DNA of 64,000 nucleotides, from assembly GCF_009914755.1 (NCBI RefSeq), contig NC_060939.1; one strand, 5' to 3'. Positions within the stretch are counted from its first letter, which is position 1, and each line of letters begins with the position of its first letter. The notes beneath the pieces are model-generated. The model did no database searches, was not told the DNA's origin, and worked only from the letters and a program-made list of their open reading frames with translations. This DNA is from the human T2T-CHM13v2.0 reference genome, Homo sapiens. A program made the position numbers and the translations under genes. This document shows, in pieces, positions 44,095-60,034 of this stretch.

Positions 44095-44677
44095 TAGTCT
44101 ACTCTGAGCAGACAAGACAGCAGAGAAAAGTTGGAGCTAGGGATAGACAGACACCTAGCGGGAGGATCATATTCATTTTCTGGGAACCAATGACTGATTC
44201 TCCAACTGGGGCAGCACAAGGCTGGAGATTCAGCAACTCCTGATGTCTTGCTGGCTACAACAAGCACATCCTGTATCCTAGATAGCTGCCTACAAGTCCA
44301 AGCCCAGGGCCTGCTGTCAGATGGGAGTTTTCAGAGGAGGGTGGGCTAAGGCAGCGGTGATGGCTGGTTCTGCTGGAACCCTTATGAGCACCAACCAACT
44401 TGTTTATCTGGCATTTCAGCCAAGATGCTAAGACCTGGAAGGCCTCAACTGAAGATTACTCACTCCAGCCAAGTAGGCATTTGCCTTCATGAAACTGCTT
44501 TGCACATAACAGCTTCCACTTGTTGATGCTCTGTGTGCTAGGTATTGTGCTGACTACTCTATATGAATTATTCCATTCAGTCTTCACAGCACTGCTGTGA
44601 AGGAGATAGGATTACTATTCCCAATTTATAGATGAAGAAACAGGTTTTGATATTGTTACTGCCTGGCTCAGAAAGCA

Positions 44678-45275
<598 letters not shown>

Positions 45276-46829
45276 CCATAAAGCTTTGACTCTTTAGGGC
45301 TTCACTCAAGTTTCAGCTGCTCACCACCCTTCCTGACTATTTCAGTGTGTGTCAAATTTTGCTTTCTCCAAAGTCATAAGAATTGTAATATAGTGCCCAA
45401 CAATAGATAACCTGGTAGATAGCCTGGCAGTGCTGATTGTCTTGGTGTTTAGATTGGCACCCAATCTAGATTATGCACCTTGGCAGGCAGGGACACCATC
45501 TCATACTTCTCACGTGTCTCTTGCCCATTTCTCCTATCAGTGAATTTGTTGAGTGATCAATTTACTTTGAGTTAGGTTTTCAGGAATGGTGGATTCATGC
45601 TGATCAAGTCTTCTTCCTATTCTCATTTGAATTTACCAACAAGCATCTGCCACTGGCTGACCCTGACCAGGGAATCCTAATTCATCAACTTCTATTTTAG
45701 GAATACATCTCCATATGGTGTTACAGTCCTTACATCTTTCCTCTTCCCTTTTCTACCATCTCTATATAAACGCCAGAAGAGATCCAGATGATGTGATGTA
45801 TTTATTCCTAATTCACCTACCAGATGACAGACTTTCCACAAGGTACATAACTTACTTAAATCATGTTTCTGTATCAGTAAAATGGGGTAATGCCAATTTC
45901 GTAAAGTTGTTACAAGGTCTAAATGAAATTATGTATGCAAAGGGTCTGGCACAGTAGGTGATCAACCTATGTTTAGAAAAAATAACTGTTGTTATTAGAA
46001 TACACCACAGAGTGGAACCTCAATATATATTTCTAGGCATTTTTCTGATATTGATACAATAGCTATTTCATATTTTGGAGATTTTAAAAATTGTTTGTTT
46101 GTTTGTTTTGTCCAGGATACATTTCCAGGAGATAACTTGATTTTTATGTTCTGATGTGTTTTAAATTGTATGTAATCTTAGTAAAAGGCATCACAATGCT
46201 TAGTTCTGCTGCAGACATACAACAATTAAATTATGCCTTCAAATAGCTCCAAAGTGATTAAATGAGGGCTACTGGAAGTAGCAGGTATGAATGAGAAAAA
46301 AGGCAGTCATTTTATAAAAGTATAGGATAGATAAAATGAAAGGTAAATAAGTTTTTTTAAATATGTTGTGGTAGGAATAGAGAAAAAGAGGCCAGGAGCT
46401 ATAAAGAGTAATTGAAATGTACAGATAATTAAGAAAAAGAAATCTTATTTTAGGTGATGGTTTAAAATCCCTTCCTCACAGTGCCTGGAATCAGGGATGC
46501 TGTCAGAAAACAAAATTGGCTGGTTTTAATTTGACATATTTTTATTTTCCCTGTTAAATCTCTAACAAAGCAGCTAAAAAGCAGTGAATTGCTAAAAAGA
46601 TAGGCAATTAAGAGGGAGGAAGATGAATAACAAAAAAATGTTTTTAAAGAAAAAAAAGCCAACTTCAGACTCTCCATCTTCAGCCTCTGAGTAATGGAGT
46701 ATCAACTGTGCCTGCCTCCTCAGGTTGACTGAGATGCGACTGGCTCTAAGCTCATCTCTCATTTAGCCTGTAGCCTCCATAGTATCCTTGTCTCCTTGCT
46801 CTGTGTGTCTCTGGCTTTCTTCCTGTACG

Positions 46830-46830
46830 A

Positions 46831-46874
<44 letters not shown>

Positions 46875-46900
46875 CTCCACCCCCACCCACACACACCCAC
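46830..46900. repeat. (TG)n followed by (CA)-rich tract
   Basis: Read directly. Confidence 0.9.
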
Positions 46901-47499
46901 ACGCATAGATGTACACGTCAGCCAGATCTCATTTTTCCTCAATTATGGTCAGTGCCAACTATGCCTTCTTTGCTTTGAACAGTCTGTAGCAAAAGGAAGT
47001 GAAAAATATCCAGAGCTTAATTGCACCAAGAAAATTTCCTCAGCACACCAGATCACACTTGACCCTTTGGGACAGTTTGAAGTTGTATCTGGAAGCCTGA
47101 ATTTAATCTCATTGGGGTTTAAAAAAATGACAACACATTTGTGCTCTGAATGGTAATGAAATGGTAATGTTATAATTGAGAGCAGATGAATTACATTGCA
47201 CTAAACATTCAACGAACAGAAATGTAATTGTGAGAGCATGTGTTTGGAGCATTCTGGAAATCTTCTGGAGCCCTCCAGGACACTCAGCAGCTGTATTCAG
47301 CTGCTCCATGGCTGTGGCTCTGGCTGGGCTTTACCCAGGGCAAATCAGAGCTTGCAAATTGGTGCTCCTTGCTTCTAAATTTAAAAGTGCTGCTATTTAC
47401 TTTAAAGAACTATCTTGAATATTTATTATAATCACTGCATTATTAATAGTATAGCTATTTTTAAATTCAAGCAAGCGATATTTTATTAAACATACATTG

Positions 47500-47772
47500 A
47501 AAGCAAATAGTGTCTAGTGGAGAGTATCCAGCCTTTGAGACCAGATGGAGTTCAGTTTGAATCCTGAGTTTTTAAATTATTGCTCTCTAACTAAGGATAA
47601 ATTGCAAAATTTCTCTGAATCTCTGTTTCTTTCTCTGTAAAATGAGAGTAGTAATACTTACCTTAAGGGTTTGCCCCAAGTTTTTAAGTGAAATAATACA
47701 AAGCGCTTAGGACACTGTTTGATGCATGGTAAGCACTCAGAAATAGCAATTATTGTTATTGCTGTTGTTATT
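47500..47772 (+). mobile_element. MIR, near full length
   Basis: tttgaatcctg...tctctgaatctctgtttc...tgtaaaatgag...ttattgttatt. Confidence 0.7.
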
Positions 47773-48119
47773 GTTAAGTCCCCAGTGGTCTGCTGCCAGA
47801 GAGATGTTGATTGTTTAGATGGCAAAATAGCGAGCCTAGTCGGCTGCAATCAGTGGATTGGATTGAGACGGGGAGAGATATGGGGAGGAAGTTGTCACTT
47901 CCTTCAAAGATCTTTAAAGCTCCTAAAAGAAGGGTAATCCAGATAAAATAGAGAAGCTGAGTTCTGGGTAAAGCCAGATAGGCATATTTCAAGGCTCCAG
48001 ACTCAAACATGAGAGTTGTGTTATGAACCACTCTTAAAGTTCACTGCAGTGGGATTGACGGTGATAGAGATCTCTATCCACATGTAGGGGTGATCAGAGC
48101 AAGCCCAGATTCAAGGCAA

Positions 48120-49460
<1,341 letters not shown>

Positions 49461-49624
49461 ATGAGGCAATGTTTTGAAAGAAATCTGGTAGAAACGATGT
49501 AACCCTTTGTGTTCTGGAAGGTAATTTAGTAGCTTAGGGAAGCAAGGCAGGCAGCATGTACCACCATTTAGACAGACGTAGACAATAGGCCCTAACAAGT
49601 TAATACCTGAAGTAAATTGGGTAT

Positions 49625-49975
49625 TATAGGCTCTGAATTGGCTAGGCTATGCCATGGTTACAAACCAACCCTGAAATCTCAGTGTCTTAACCCAGTAAAA
49701 GTTTGTTTCTTGCTCATGTCACATGAGTTGGGTGGCTCTTCTGGGCAGCTCTTCTCTAAACAATGACGCAGACACCCTGGCTGCTTCCATCTGATATCTG
49801 TGCCATCTGGAACTTGTGCCTTCCAAGACCACATGGATGGGGAAGAAGACACTGAAGGATGTTTTAAGTGTCTGGCCTAGATATTCTCACATTATGACCA
49901 CTCATATCTAACCGTCCAGTACTCAGTTATATGACTCACCCTAACAGCAAAGAAGGCTGGGAAATGTAGTCTTTG
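49625..49975 (-). mobile_element. MLT1I/J-type MaLR LTR
   Basis: ctaggctatgccatggttacaaac...aaatctcagtgtcttaa...ggctgggaaatgtagtc. Confidence 0.65.
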
Positions 49976-50259
49976 ATAAGCATGAGCATTCTCCACAGGT
50001 GGGATTGGAGCAAGTTAGAGTCCGATAACTTTCATATGCAAGGGATTATAGCAGAAGTGTTAAACGCATGAGCTCTAGAGCCTGATTTCTCCAGGTTCAA
50101 ATCCATCTCTGCCACTTACTGAATACATAGGTGACCTTAAGCAAGTCACATACATCTTCTGATATCTCAGATTCCTCACCTGGAAAATGCAGTGGTTAAT
50201 AATAGTTGTTTCAGGGTGTTGCTGTGAGAATTTTTTTAAAAACGTAAGTTCTAGAAATC

Positions 50260-50561
<302 letters not shown>

Positions 50562-51161
50562 TGCTGTAAGAATTTAAAGAATACAGTATATATATGGTCC
50601 TTAGCATAATGCTTGGCATAGAACAGCATTTGATAAATAGTAGTTATTATTACACCTATACAGGCCCATAGGCATTACTTTGAATTTGGATCTGGGGGAG
50701 CCAGTCCAGCCCACCTTCTTCCCATTCTATTTGGCACTTTCTTCCACAGATCTTGGGGACTCTTGATGAGACCAGAACATCCAAACTGAAACAGCTCCAT
50801 GTCCCCTCTGCCTGTCCCAGCCTCCTATCATTTTGAACTTAACAGTGTTGCTTCCTGGGAGAAGTGTCAAGTGGTCAGAGACTGTACACAGCAGAAACTT
50901 AAAAGGGTTCCTCATCCCAGGCATCTGGCATTGTAGGTATTTTGAGGCTTCTTGTTCATCTTTGTTGAGGCTAATGTGGTTGGTAATAAGCTGTTTGCAA
51001 TGACGGCCAACGAAACCCAAGTTGTTTAAATAAGAAGCAAATAAGGAGAAGGGATCTAGTGTTTTTTATGGAATAACCAGAAAAGTGTTTGTGCCTGAGT
51101 ATTTGTTTCAGTCATCAGAAGTTATTATTAGGACAGAAAGCAGATTGAAAATATGTTTTAA

Positions 51162-51455
51162 GGCCATGTGCAGTGGCTCACGCCTGTAATCCCAACATTT
51201 TGGGAGGTCAAGGCAGGAGGCCTGCTTGAGGCCAGGAGTTCAAGACCAGCCTGGGCAATATAGCAAGAACCCCATCTCTATAAAAAATAAGAAGATCAGC
51301 CAGGCATAGCTGTGTGTGCCTGTAGTCCTAGCTACTCAGGAGGCTGAGGCAGGAGGATTGCTTAAGCCCAGAAGTTCAACGTTAATATGAGCTATGATTG
51401 TGCTACTGCTCTCCAGCCTGGGCAATAAAGTGAGACCTCATCTCAAAAAAAAAAA
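51162..51455 (+). mobile_element. AluJ
   Basis: gaggccaggagttcaagaccagcctgggcaa; imperfect TSD aaa(a/g)t(a/g)tgttttaa. Confidence 0.9.
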
Positions 51456-52072
51456 AGTGTGTTTTAATATTACACTTAGTCCAAGTGAAAATCTTATCTA
51501 TGTTACCACAAAGGTTCTCTTTTTCTCCTTCTAAGGAACTGTGGATAAACTACTTCCCCCTCTGAGTTTTGGTCTTTCCACACCCACATAAAATGGATAA
51601 AAGACAGAAAATTCTGATAGTCTTCTCATCAGGAAAAAAATGAGTACAAGCAGTTCTGGCTACTGGTTTGTAATCACATAAAACTGATTTCCTGTGATAC
51701 TGTAACACACTATGGTTTTCAGGAATTTGAGAGATTGCTGATGTAATATTCATAAAAAAGAATAGAAGCGACACTTGACTATTAGTGACTGGTCATGTGG
51801 CTATTTCTCATTATGCTCTAGAGGGAGTGGAAGTGAAGGGCCATGCTGGGGATTGGAACAAAATGGACATTGGAACTGGGCATTTGGTTACAGTTTAGTG
51901 CCTGTGAAAAAAATACTTTTTGTCATTGTTCTGTTTGCAAAGTTCAACTGACTTTGACTTGAACTGTCCTGCTACCCTCGATTTCATTACTCTTCAGTGT
52001 GTCTGTTTTTCACTCAACTGGAAGCAAATAATGGAATTAATAAGTCAAGAAGAATGGAACTGAGATTGAATC

Positions 52073-52146
52073 TGTGTTAGGGTTCTCCATAGGGACAGAA
52101 CCAATAGGATATATTTATGTGTATGTGTGTGTGTGTGTGTGTGTCC

Positions 52147-52196
<50 letters not shown>

Positions 52197-52710
52197 GAAT
52201 TTGTTAGAGAGAATTGGCTCATACGATTACAAGGTTAAGTCCTACAATAGGCGGTCTGCAAAATGGGGAAGAGAGAAGCCAGTAGTGGCTCAGTCCATGT
52301 TCGAAAGCCTCAAAACCAGGGAAGCCGAAAGTGCAGCCTTCAGTCTGTGAACGAAGGCCCCAGAGCCCCTGGCAAGCCCCCGGTGCAATTCCCAGAGTCC
52401 AAAGGCTGAAGAACCTGGAGTCTGATGTCCAAGGGCAGGAGGAGCTGAAGGAAGCAGCCAGCATTAGAGAAAGAAGGAAACCAGAAGATTCAGCAAGCAA
52501 GGTTATCCTACCTGCTTTGTTCTAGCCGCACTGGCAGCCGACTGGGTGATGCCCACCCACATTGAGAGTGGTCTTCCTCTCCCAGTTCACTGACTCAAAT
52601 GTCAGTCTCCTCTGGCAACATCCTCACAAACACACCCAGAAACACTATTTTACCAGCCATCTAGGCCTCCTTCAATCCAATCAAGTTGACACCTAATATT
52701 AACCATCACA
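52073..52710 (-). mobile_element. MLT2A-type (HERV-L) solo LTR with internal (TG)(TC)(TA) microsatellite
   Basis: Minus strand starts tgtgatggttaatattaggtgtcaacttgattggattgaagg; 5-bp TSD gaatc at 52068-52072 and 52711-52715. Confidence 0.9.
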
Positions 52711-54755
52711 GAATCCTTGAACTCTGTCCGATTTCTAAATTGGTAACTCTAAGGTCCTTTATAAAGGGGCTCCCAGTGCCTCAGGCTTAGCAAAGGGGAC
52801 TGACCAGAGGCCTGTTCTTGGAGGCAGGAGGTGGGACTGGGGATGGGGGATAGTTAGGTAAATGCCTATTACCCACTGCGAGGAAACCCTCACAGCATTC
52901 TATTTTAAGACATTTTCTGGCAGGGGACATTTATCTTTGAGTGACTTCTGAAGTTCTTTTAGCCATGGGAAGGCTGAACTAGAGATGGCTGAGCGATTAG
53001 CTACTAGGGTGATAAGCACTCTAGAATTTTCAAGGGAGAGGGCTAAATATAGCAAATTCCACAGGCTGCACTTAGTATCAATGCCAAGGGAGACAACTCA
53101 TGTTACTTGGGCTTCATGCATCTTCCAAAGTACAGCCAGTCGCATTTGCACACGGCGCTAAGCCATGCCCTGGGTAGTGCTTTTCAGCTGGTGTGGGCTG
53201 TATGGTATTCCTCTGACAGACAGGACATTCGTTCAGAGCCCACGAAGCAGCACACGTACGTACACTTCAGCCAAGCCTTACACGGAGACCCAGAAATGTC
53301 TTTAGCTTGCAAAGCTCTCCTCGGTTCTTCTGATTTTGGTCAGTATCATGGCAATCAAGCCTTTATAGCCAACTATTTAATAAAACAAATATTTTAAAGA
53401 AGGACCTTATTCTTGGTTTATCACATCTGTGCTGTTCACTCATGATTTTGGTCTTAGGATGTATGTCCAAGCCTTCATCACCTCGAAGGATCAATAATCT
53501 CCTAAATTGTTTCCAATTTCCAGTCTTCTGTCTCCTATCTTTAGTCTATTAGATCAATTTTCCTAAACCTCTACTTTGAAAGCGTTCCCTGTTAACAGAT
53601 CCACATAGGCTTGTTACTGCCGAGATGAAGGAGTCCAGGTTCCTCAGTTTGCTATCATCTGGTTCCGCCAATGTTTCCAACGCCTTCCTGCTCATCTTAG
53701 AACATTGGAGAGAAAAGTGATCTTAGAAATGCCCGAGACCCATATGTTACAGATAAAGAGGCAGATCCAGAGCAGTGAGGTGATTTGCTCGAGGTGACAC
53801 CAGGAATTAGCAGCCGAACCCCTGGAAAGGAAGTGCTATGAGGTCAGGGATTTTTATTTTGCTTACTGCTGTGTCACCAGTGCCCCAAACAGCAGGTGCT
53901 CAATAAACACATTGAATTAATTCATGAACCTTGAGCATCTCAGTTCAGCCTTCTTTCCATCTCCCTGCTGTCTGTCCTCCACTATCCTCTGCTGCCCCAG
54001 CCTGATGGCTCAGCATCCCTTCCTCCAGGTGTTTTTTCATAGCCTTCTTCCTGCCCTGACCACTCTTCTCAGTTTAATTTTTCCTTCAGGGCTCAATTCA
54101 GTCCTACCACTCCTTGAAATCATTTCTGACAGCCCCAATCTCAGCTTCCTCTCCTTTCATTGGCCTCTTGTGGTTCTGCAAGACGCATGGCTGACTTGCC
54201 CTATGCTGCCTTGTATTTATGTTTTACTCCAGGAGCACAGTCTGTTGCTCACCCACTTCAGCCTCCTCTGTCCTGCAGGTGCTCTGTTCATTAGTATGAG
54301 CACAACAGTGCTATGGAGCATGATGTTGATTTTCATTCAGACTCGCCCCATCTTCTTTTCAATCCTGTAAGCCTCTATTATTTCACTTAGTTATATGCCT
54401 CCATCTCCTGTCATGAGTGCAGGGGCAGTGGTAGGTATAACAGTTATTTCCAGAGCCCATATAGCATAGTGTAGCACAGGAATCAAGCGAGTTCAGAAGA
54501 GGGGTGTCAAAATTAGACTAGAATTTTAGTACTTTAAAAAGATGATAATTGGCCAATGAAAGGCCAAAGAGGGCACTGCAAGCAGATGTAACCTAGAAGG
54601 ATGGTGTTTTGGGGAACTGCAAGAAGCTTGGTGGGGCTGGAAGGAAAACTGGATATGGGGAAGTAAAGGAAAATGAAGCAAAGTGTGTAGGCAGCAGCCA
54701 GATCATAAGGGACTCGTCTGCTGAATTTAGGTATTAAAACTTGGTTGTGCATTAG

Positions 54756-55100
<345 letters not shown>

Positions 55101-56035
55101 CCAAAAAATGACATTTTATACTTTCAATATTGTGCAAAAGAATGAAGTAGATCTGTGTACATTCATATGACGTAATCTTCAATATAAATTACATAAAATG
55201 CATTTGTGTAAAATGTTGTATATGACATATCTGTTAATATAACACATATATATGCATAGAAAAATTTTGTGGTACTGTTAATAGTAGGAGCCCTGGGGGC
55301 ATGGGGTGAGTGAACAACTTACATTTCATGAAAATGATCCTTACATTTTAATGACAAGAGTCGTTTCATACCCTTTGGTAATATTTGAAATTTTAAACCT
55401 GTAGCTGTATTATCATGACTAAAAAAAAAATTCTTCAGTTAAAAAATGAACAAATTCTTCATACCTAGAATGACTTAGCACCTCTGACAGATTTGAAATA
55501 AGAAAACAATGTAATCATATTTCAAAAAGACTGTTAGGCCATAGTGAGGAAACAGAGATGGAAGAAGTGCCTCATGGAGGCAGGGAGACTAGGTGAGTGT
55601 TGGAGACTGTTGCAGGGATCCCAGACAGTAAGTGATGGGGGTAACAGTGAAGATCAAGACCAAGAGAGGATGGAAAAGTGAATGATGAGCATGTCAGAGC
55701 TCCAGGATATGCATGTGAGAAAGGAGGGAGGAGTGTGACATGACTGCCAGCTTTGTATTGTTGTGGCAACTGGCTATCTAGTGTTGCCGTCATGAGAGAG
55801 GAAAAAATAGAAAAAGGCCAGAAAAATGAATGCAGTTTTGAGATACGCCACACTTCGGGGATATGTCATATTTGTGGTACCTCTGACTGGTGATCCCTGT
55901 TGGCATCTTCCGGAAATTGCCTTCTGGATTTCATAATAGCATGAGTTAATGTCCGGCATTTTCATGGGGTCCACAATACCTGAGTCTTACCTTTCAAACT
56001 ACGAGAGTCCACCTTAGTCTCTACTTGGTGTGACC

Positions 56036-56537
56036 ATTTTGTTTTTAATTGGGTGTACATTTGCAGGGTTGTTGCATGGATATATTGCATGATGCTGAGG
56101 TTTGGCATACAGATGGTACCAACACCCAGGTGGTGAGCATAGTACCCAATAGGTAGTATTTTTGGCCCATGCCCCTCTTCCACCCTCCCCCATCTAGCAG
56201 TCCCCAGGGGCTACCATTTGACCCAGCAATCCCATTGCTAGGTATATACCCAAAGGAAAATTATTCATTCTGTCAAAGAGATACATACAGTCGTATGTTC
56301 ACTGCAGCACTATTCAGTTGTAAACCCATGGAGTCAACTTAGGTGCCCATCAACAGTGGACTGGATAAAGAAAATTGGGTACATATACACCATGGAATGC
56401 TATGCAGCCATAAAAAAGCACGAAATTATGTCCTTTGTAGCAACATGGGTGCAGATGGAGGCCATTATCTTATGTCAATTAACGCAAGAACAGAAAACTA
56501 AATACCACATGTTGTCACTTGTAAGTGAGAGCTAAAC
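56036..56537 (-). mobile_element. Short older L1 (L1PA15-16/L1PB-like) 3' end with inversion: minus 56036-56208, plus 56210-56537
   Basis: Minus 3'UTR gagcatagtacccaataggtag; plus ctaccatttgacccagcaatccca...gtaagtggagagctaaac. Confidence 0.8.
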
Positions 56538-56909
56538 AAAACAATGGCTTTTATCCTGTGCACTCTGCCCCCCTTTGATAGGCAGGCAAGTCCTGTCTCC
56601 TAGGTTTAAAGCTAGGTCTCCCTTTGAGAATCTTGCCATTACAAATATGTAAGATACAGCTTTTGGACCCAGACCGAGGAAAGATGCCTTGACTGTTTAT
56701 CTTTTTTAAGCTTTCAGAGAGGATAGCAACCTAAATCTTCTGCCTTCCTCAAGGCACACGAAAAGGTAAAGTGGATGAAGAGTCTACTAAATAATGCAGG
56801 CCAGAGGCATCCGGGTTTTGCCTGAATTATCTGAAAAATTCCTTGGCTCCTCTGATTATAATTGAGTTTTGTCAACACAAATTGGGTATTTTGTACTTGT
56901 TTTTTTGGT

Positions 56910-57045
56910 CATTATTATTTTAATTAATATAATTATAATATTATATTATAATATTATATTTTATATTATTATAATAATTATACTATTATTTTAATTAATA
57001 ATATAATAATATTAATTTAATTAATATTATTTAAATTAATATATA
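56910..57045. repeat. AT-rich low-complexity quasi-palindromic tract
   Basis: About 135 bp almost entirely A/T. Confidence 0.9.
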
Positions 57046-57330
57046 TTTACGGTGTACAACCTTATATATACATATCTATATATGCACACACACACACACA
57101 CACACACGTTGTGGAATAACTACATAAATTTAATTAACCTATCCCTTACTTCACATACTTACCATTTTTTGTGATGAAAATATCTAAACTCTACTCTCTT
57201 AGCAATTTTCAATAATGCAATGTATTGTTAACTATAATCACCATGTTGTATAATGGATCCCCTGAACTTATTCTCCTGTCTGCCTGAAATTTTGTATCCT
57301 TTGACCAACACCTCCTTAACATGCCCCCCA
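57045..57330 (-). mobile_element. L1MA 3' fragment with (CA)n
   Basis: ctactctcttagcaattttcaa...tgaaattttgtatcctttgaccaaca. Confidence 0.75.
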
Positions 57331-58149
57331 CCTGAAATTGACTGCATTTGTTTTGACTAACGATTTTCTAAGGGTTGATTGGAGGTAGTGTGGAATTTCC
57401 AACACTATAGCGGAAGCATTTAAAGGATAACTATGAAAGAAACAGTAAAATATGACCATAATATTTTAGCCTTGATGTTTTTCCCTTCCACCCTTAGATG
57501 TGCCAGCAAGGTATACGAAAAAGAAAGCTAAACAGTTTCCTGTGAAATTTCACGTAAAATCAAATTTTTTATGTCACTTACCACAGCTTTTTCCTTATTC
57601 CTCTACTTTTTCATCTACATTAAAGGGTTATTTTCTGGATGTATACAACATTCACCATTTCACTCACGGAAATGAGATGCTGCGTGATTAGTTAATAAGT
57701 GTTTATTGATTACTTCTGGGCCTCTTGGCAGAATTGAATTAGAGCCAGATACTATCCCCTTGTGCTTAATAGTACTTTTTTTTTCCCCTTGTAGAAGGTG
57801 GAGAAATATGTTCTCTTTGCTAACAACAGAGAAAATGGAATTTATCTTTTTTATCCCTGAAAATGCCAGGATACTTCAGTTCGACTGATTATTTTTAGCT
57901 GAGTAATGGGCATTATGATTCAAGTCATTCTTAGTCCATAGCTACTTCTACTACTGCTTTTATCTATAGAGTTATGAGACTCCAAAGTTAAAAAGTACTT
58001 ACCTATTGTCCTACGTTAAAAACAAACAAACAAAAACCTGATAGTTTAAAATCTGAATGGTAAAGCTAAATACTCATCTTCTATGTTAATACTGACTTTG
58101 GACAGTAATGAGTTGGCTCTATATTGAGTATTTTCAAGAAATATGCTGA

Positions 58150-58493
<344 letters not shown>

Positions 58494-59034
58494 TCTTTTC
58501 TTTTTTTTAAAACATGTTACTGTTATAAAATAAAAACAATCCTTCTTCAAGAAAATAGAATTTATGGATTTAAAAGGCTAAAAAGAAAATCTTTTAACTT
58601 TCTATATCAATTTGTCTTAAGGTGGTAGCATTTCTTTTGATTCATACAGCCTGAAATTCTTTTCTTTCCAACACCACCCCTCTTGCTTGCTTTGTATATT
58701 CCTAGAAAATTTGTACTAAATATCAGAACTCCTGTGTTCTGAGCAGTTTCTTTAACTCATTGGCGTTTCATTCCTTGCTGTATCATAATTAAGACCATTT
58801 CCAAATACAGAACAACTCATAAGATGTCACTGAGCCTATATCTTGGAGAAGAGTGTTAATATAAAAATATGTGTTGCTAATATTGATTACTTTCGCGTCA
58901 AAAATTTAAAACATTGCCATGAGCTGGTGCACTCAAATCAAATTGGAGTCATGCCAGCATGAGCTGAAATTGTAATTGCTGAGAAGACAATGGGTAATGC
59001 CCCAATACTTCTGCTACAGCTCCTTGTCCTCTTT

Positions 59035-60030
<996 letters not shown>

Positions 60031-60034
60031 TGTC

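Noticed and set aside
48063-48078. Perfect 16-bp palindrome gatagagatctctatc
   Set aside because: About one is expected by chance (64000/4^8)
53924-54370. 148-aa hydrophobic ORF
   Set aside because: Pyrimidine-rich, L2-like sequence with no recognisable domain
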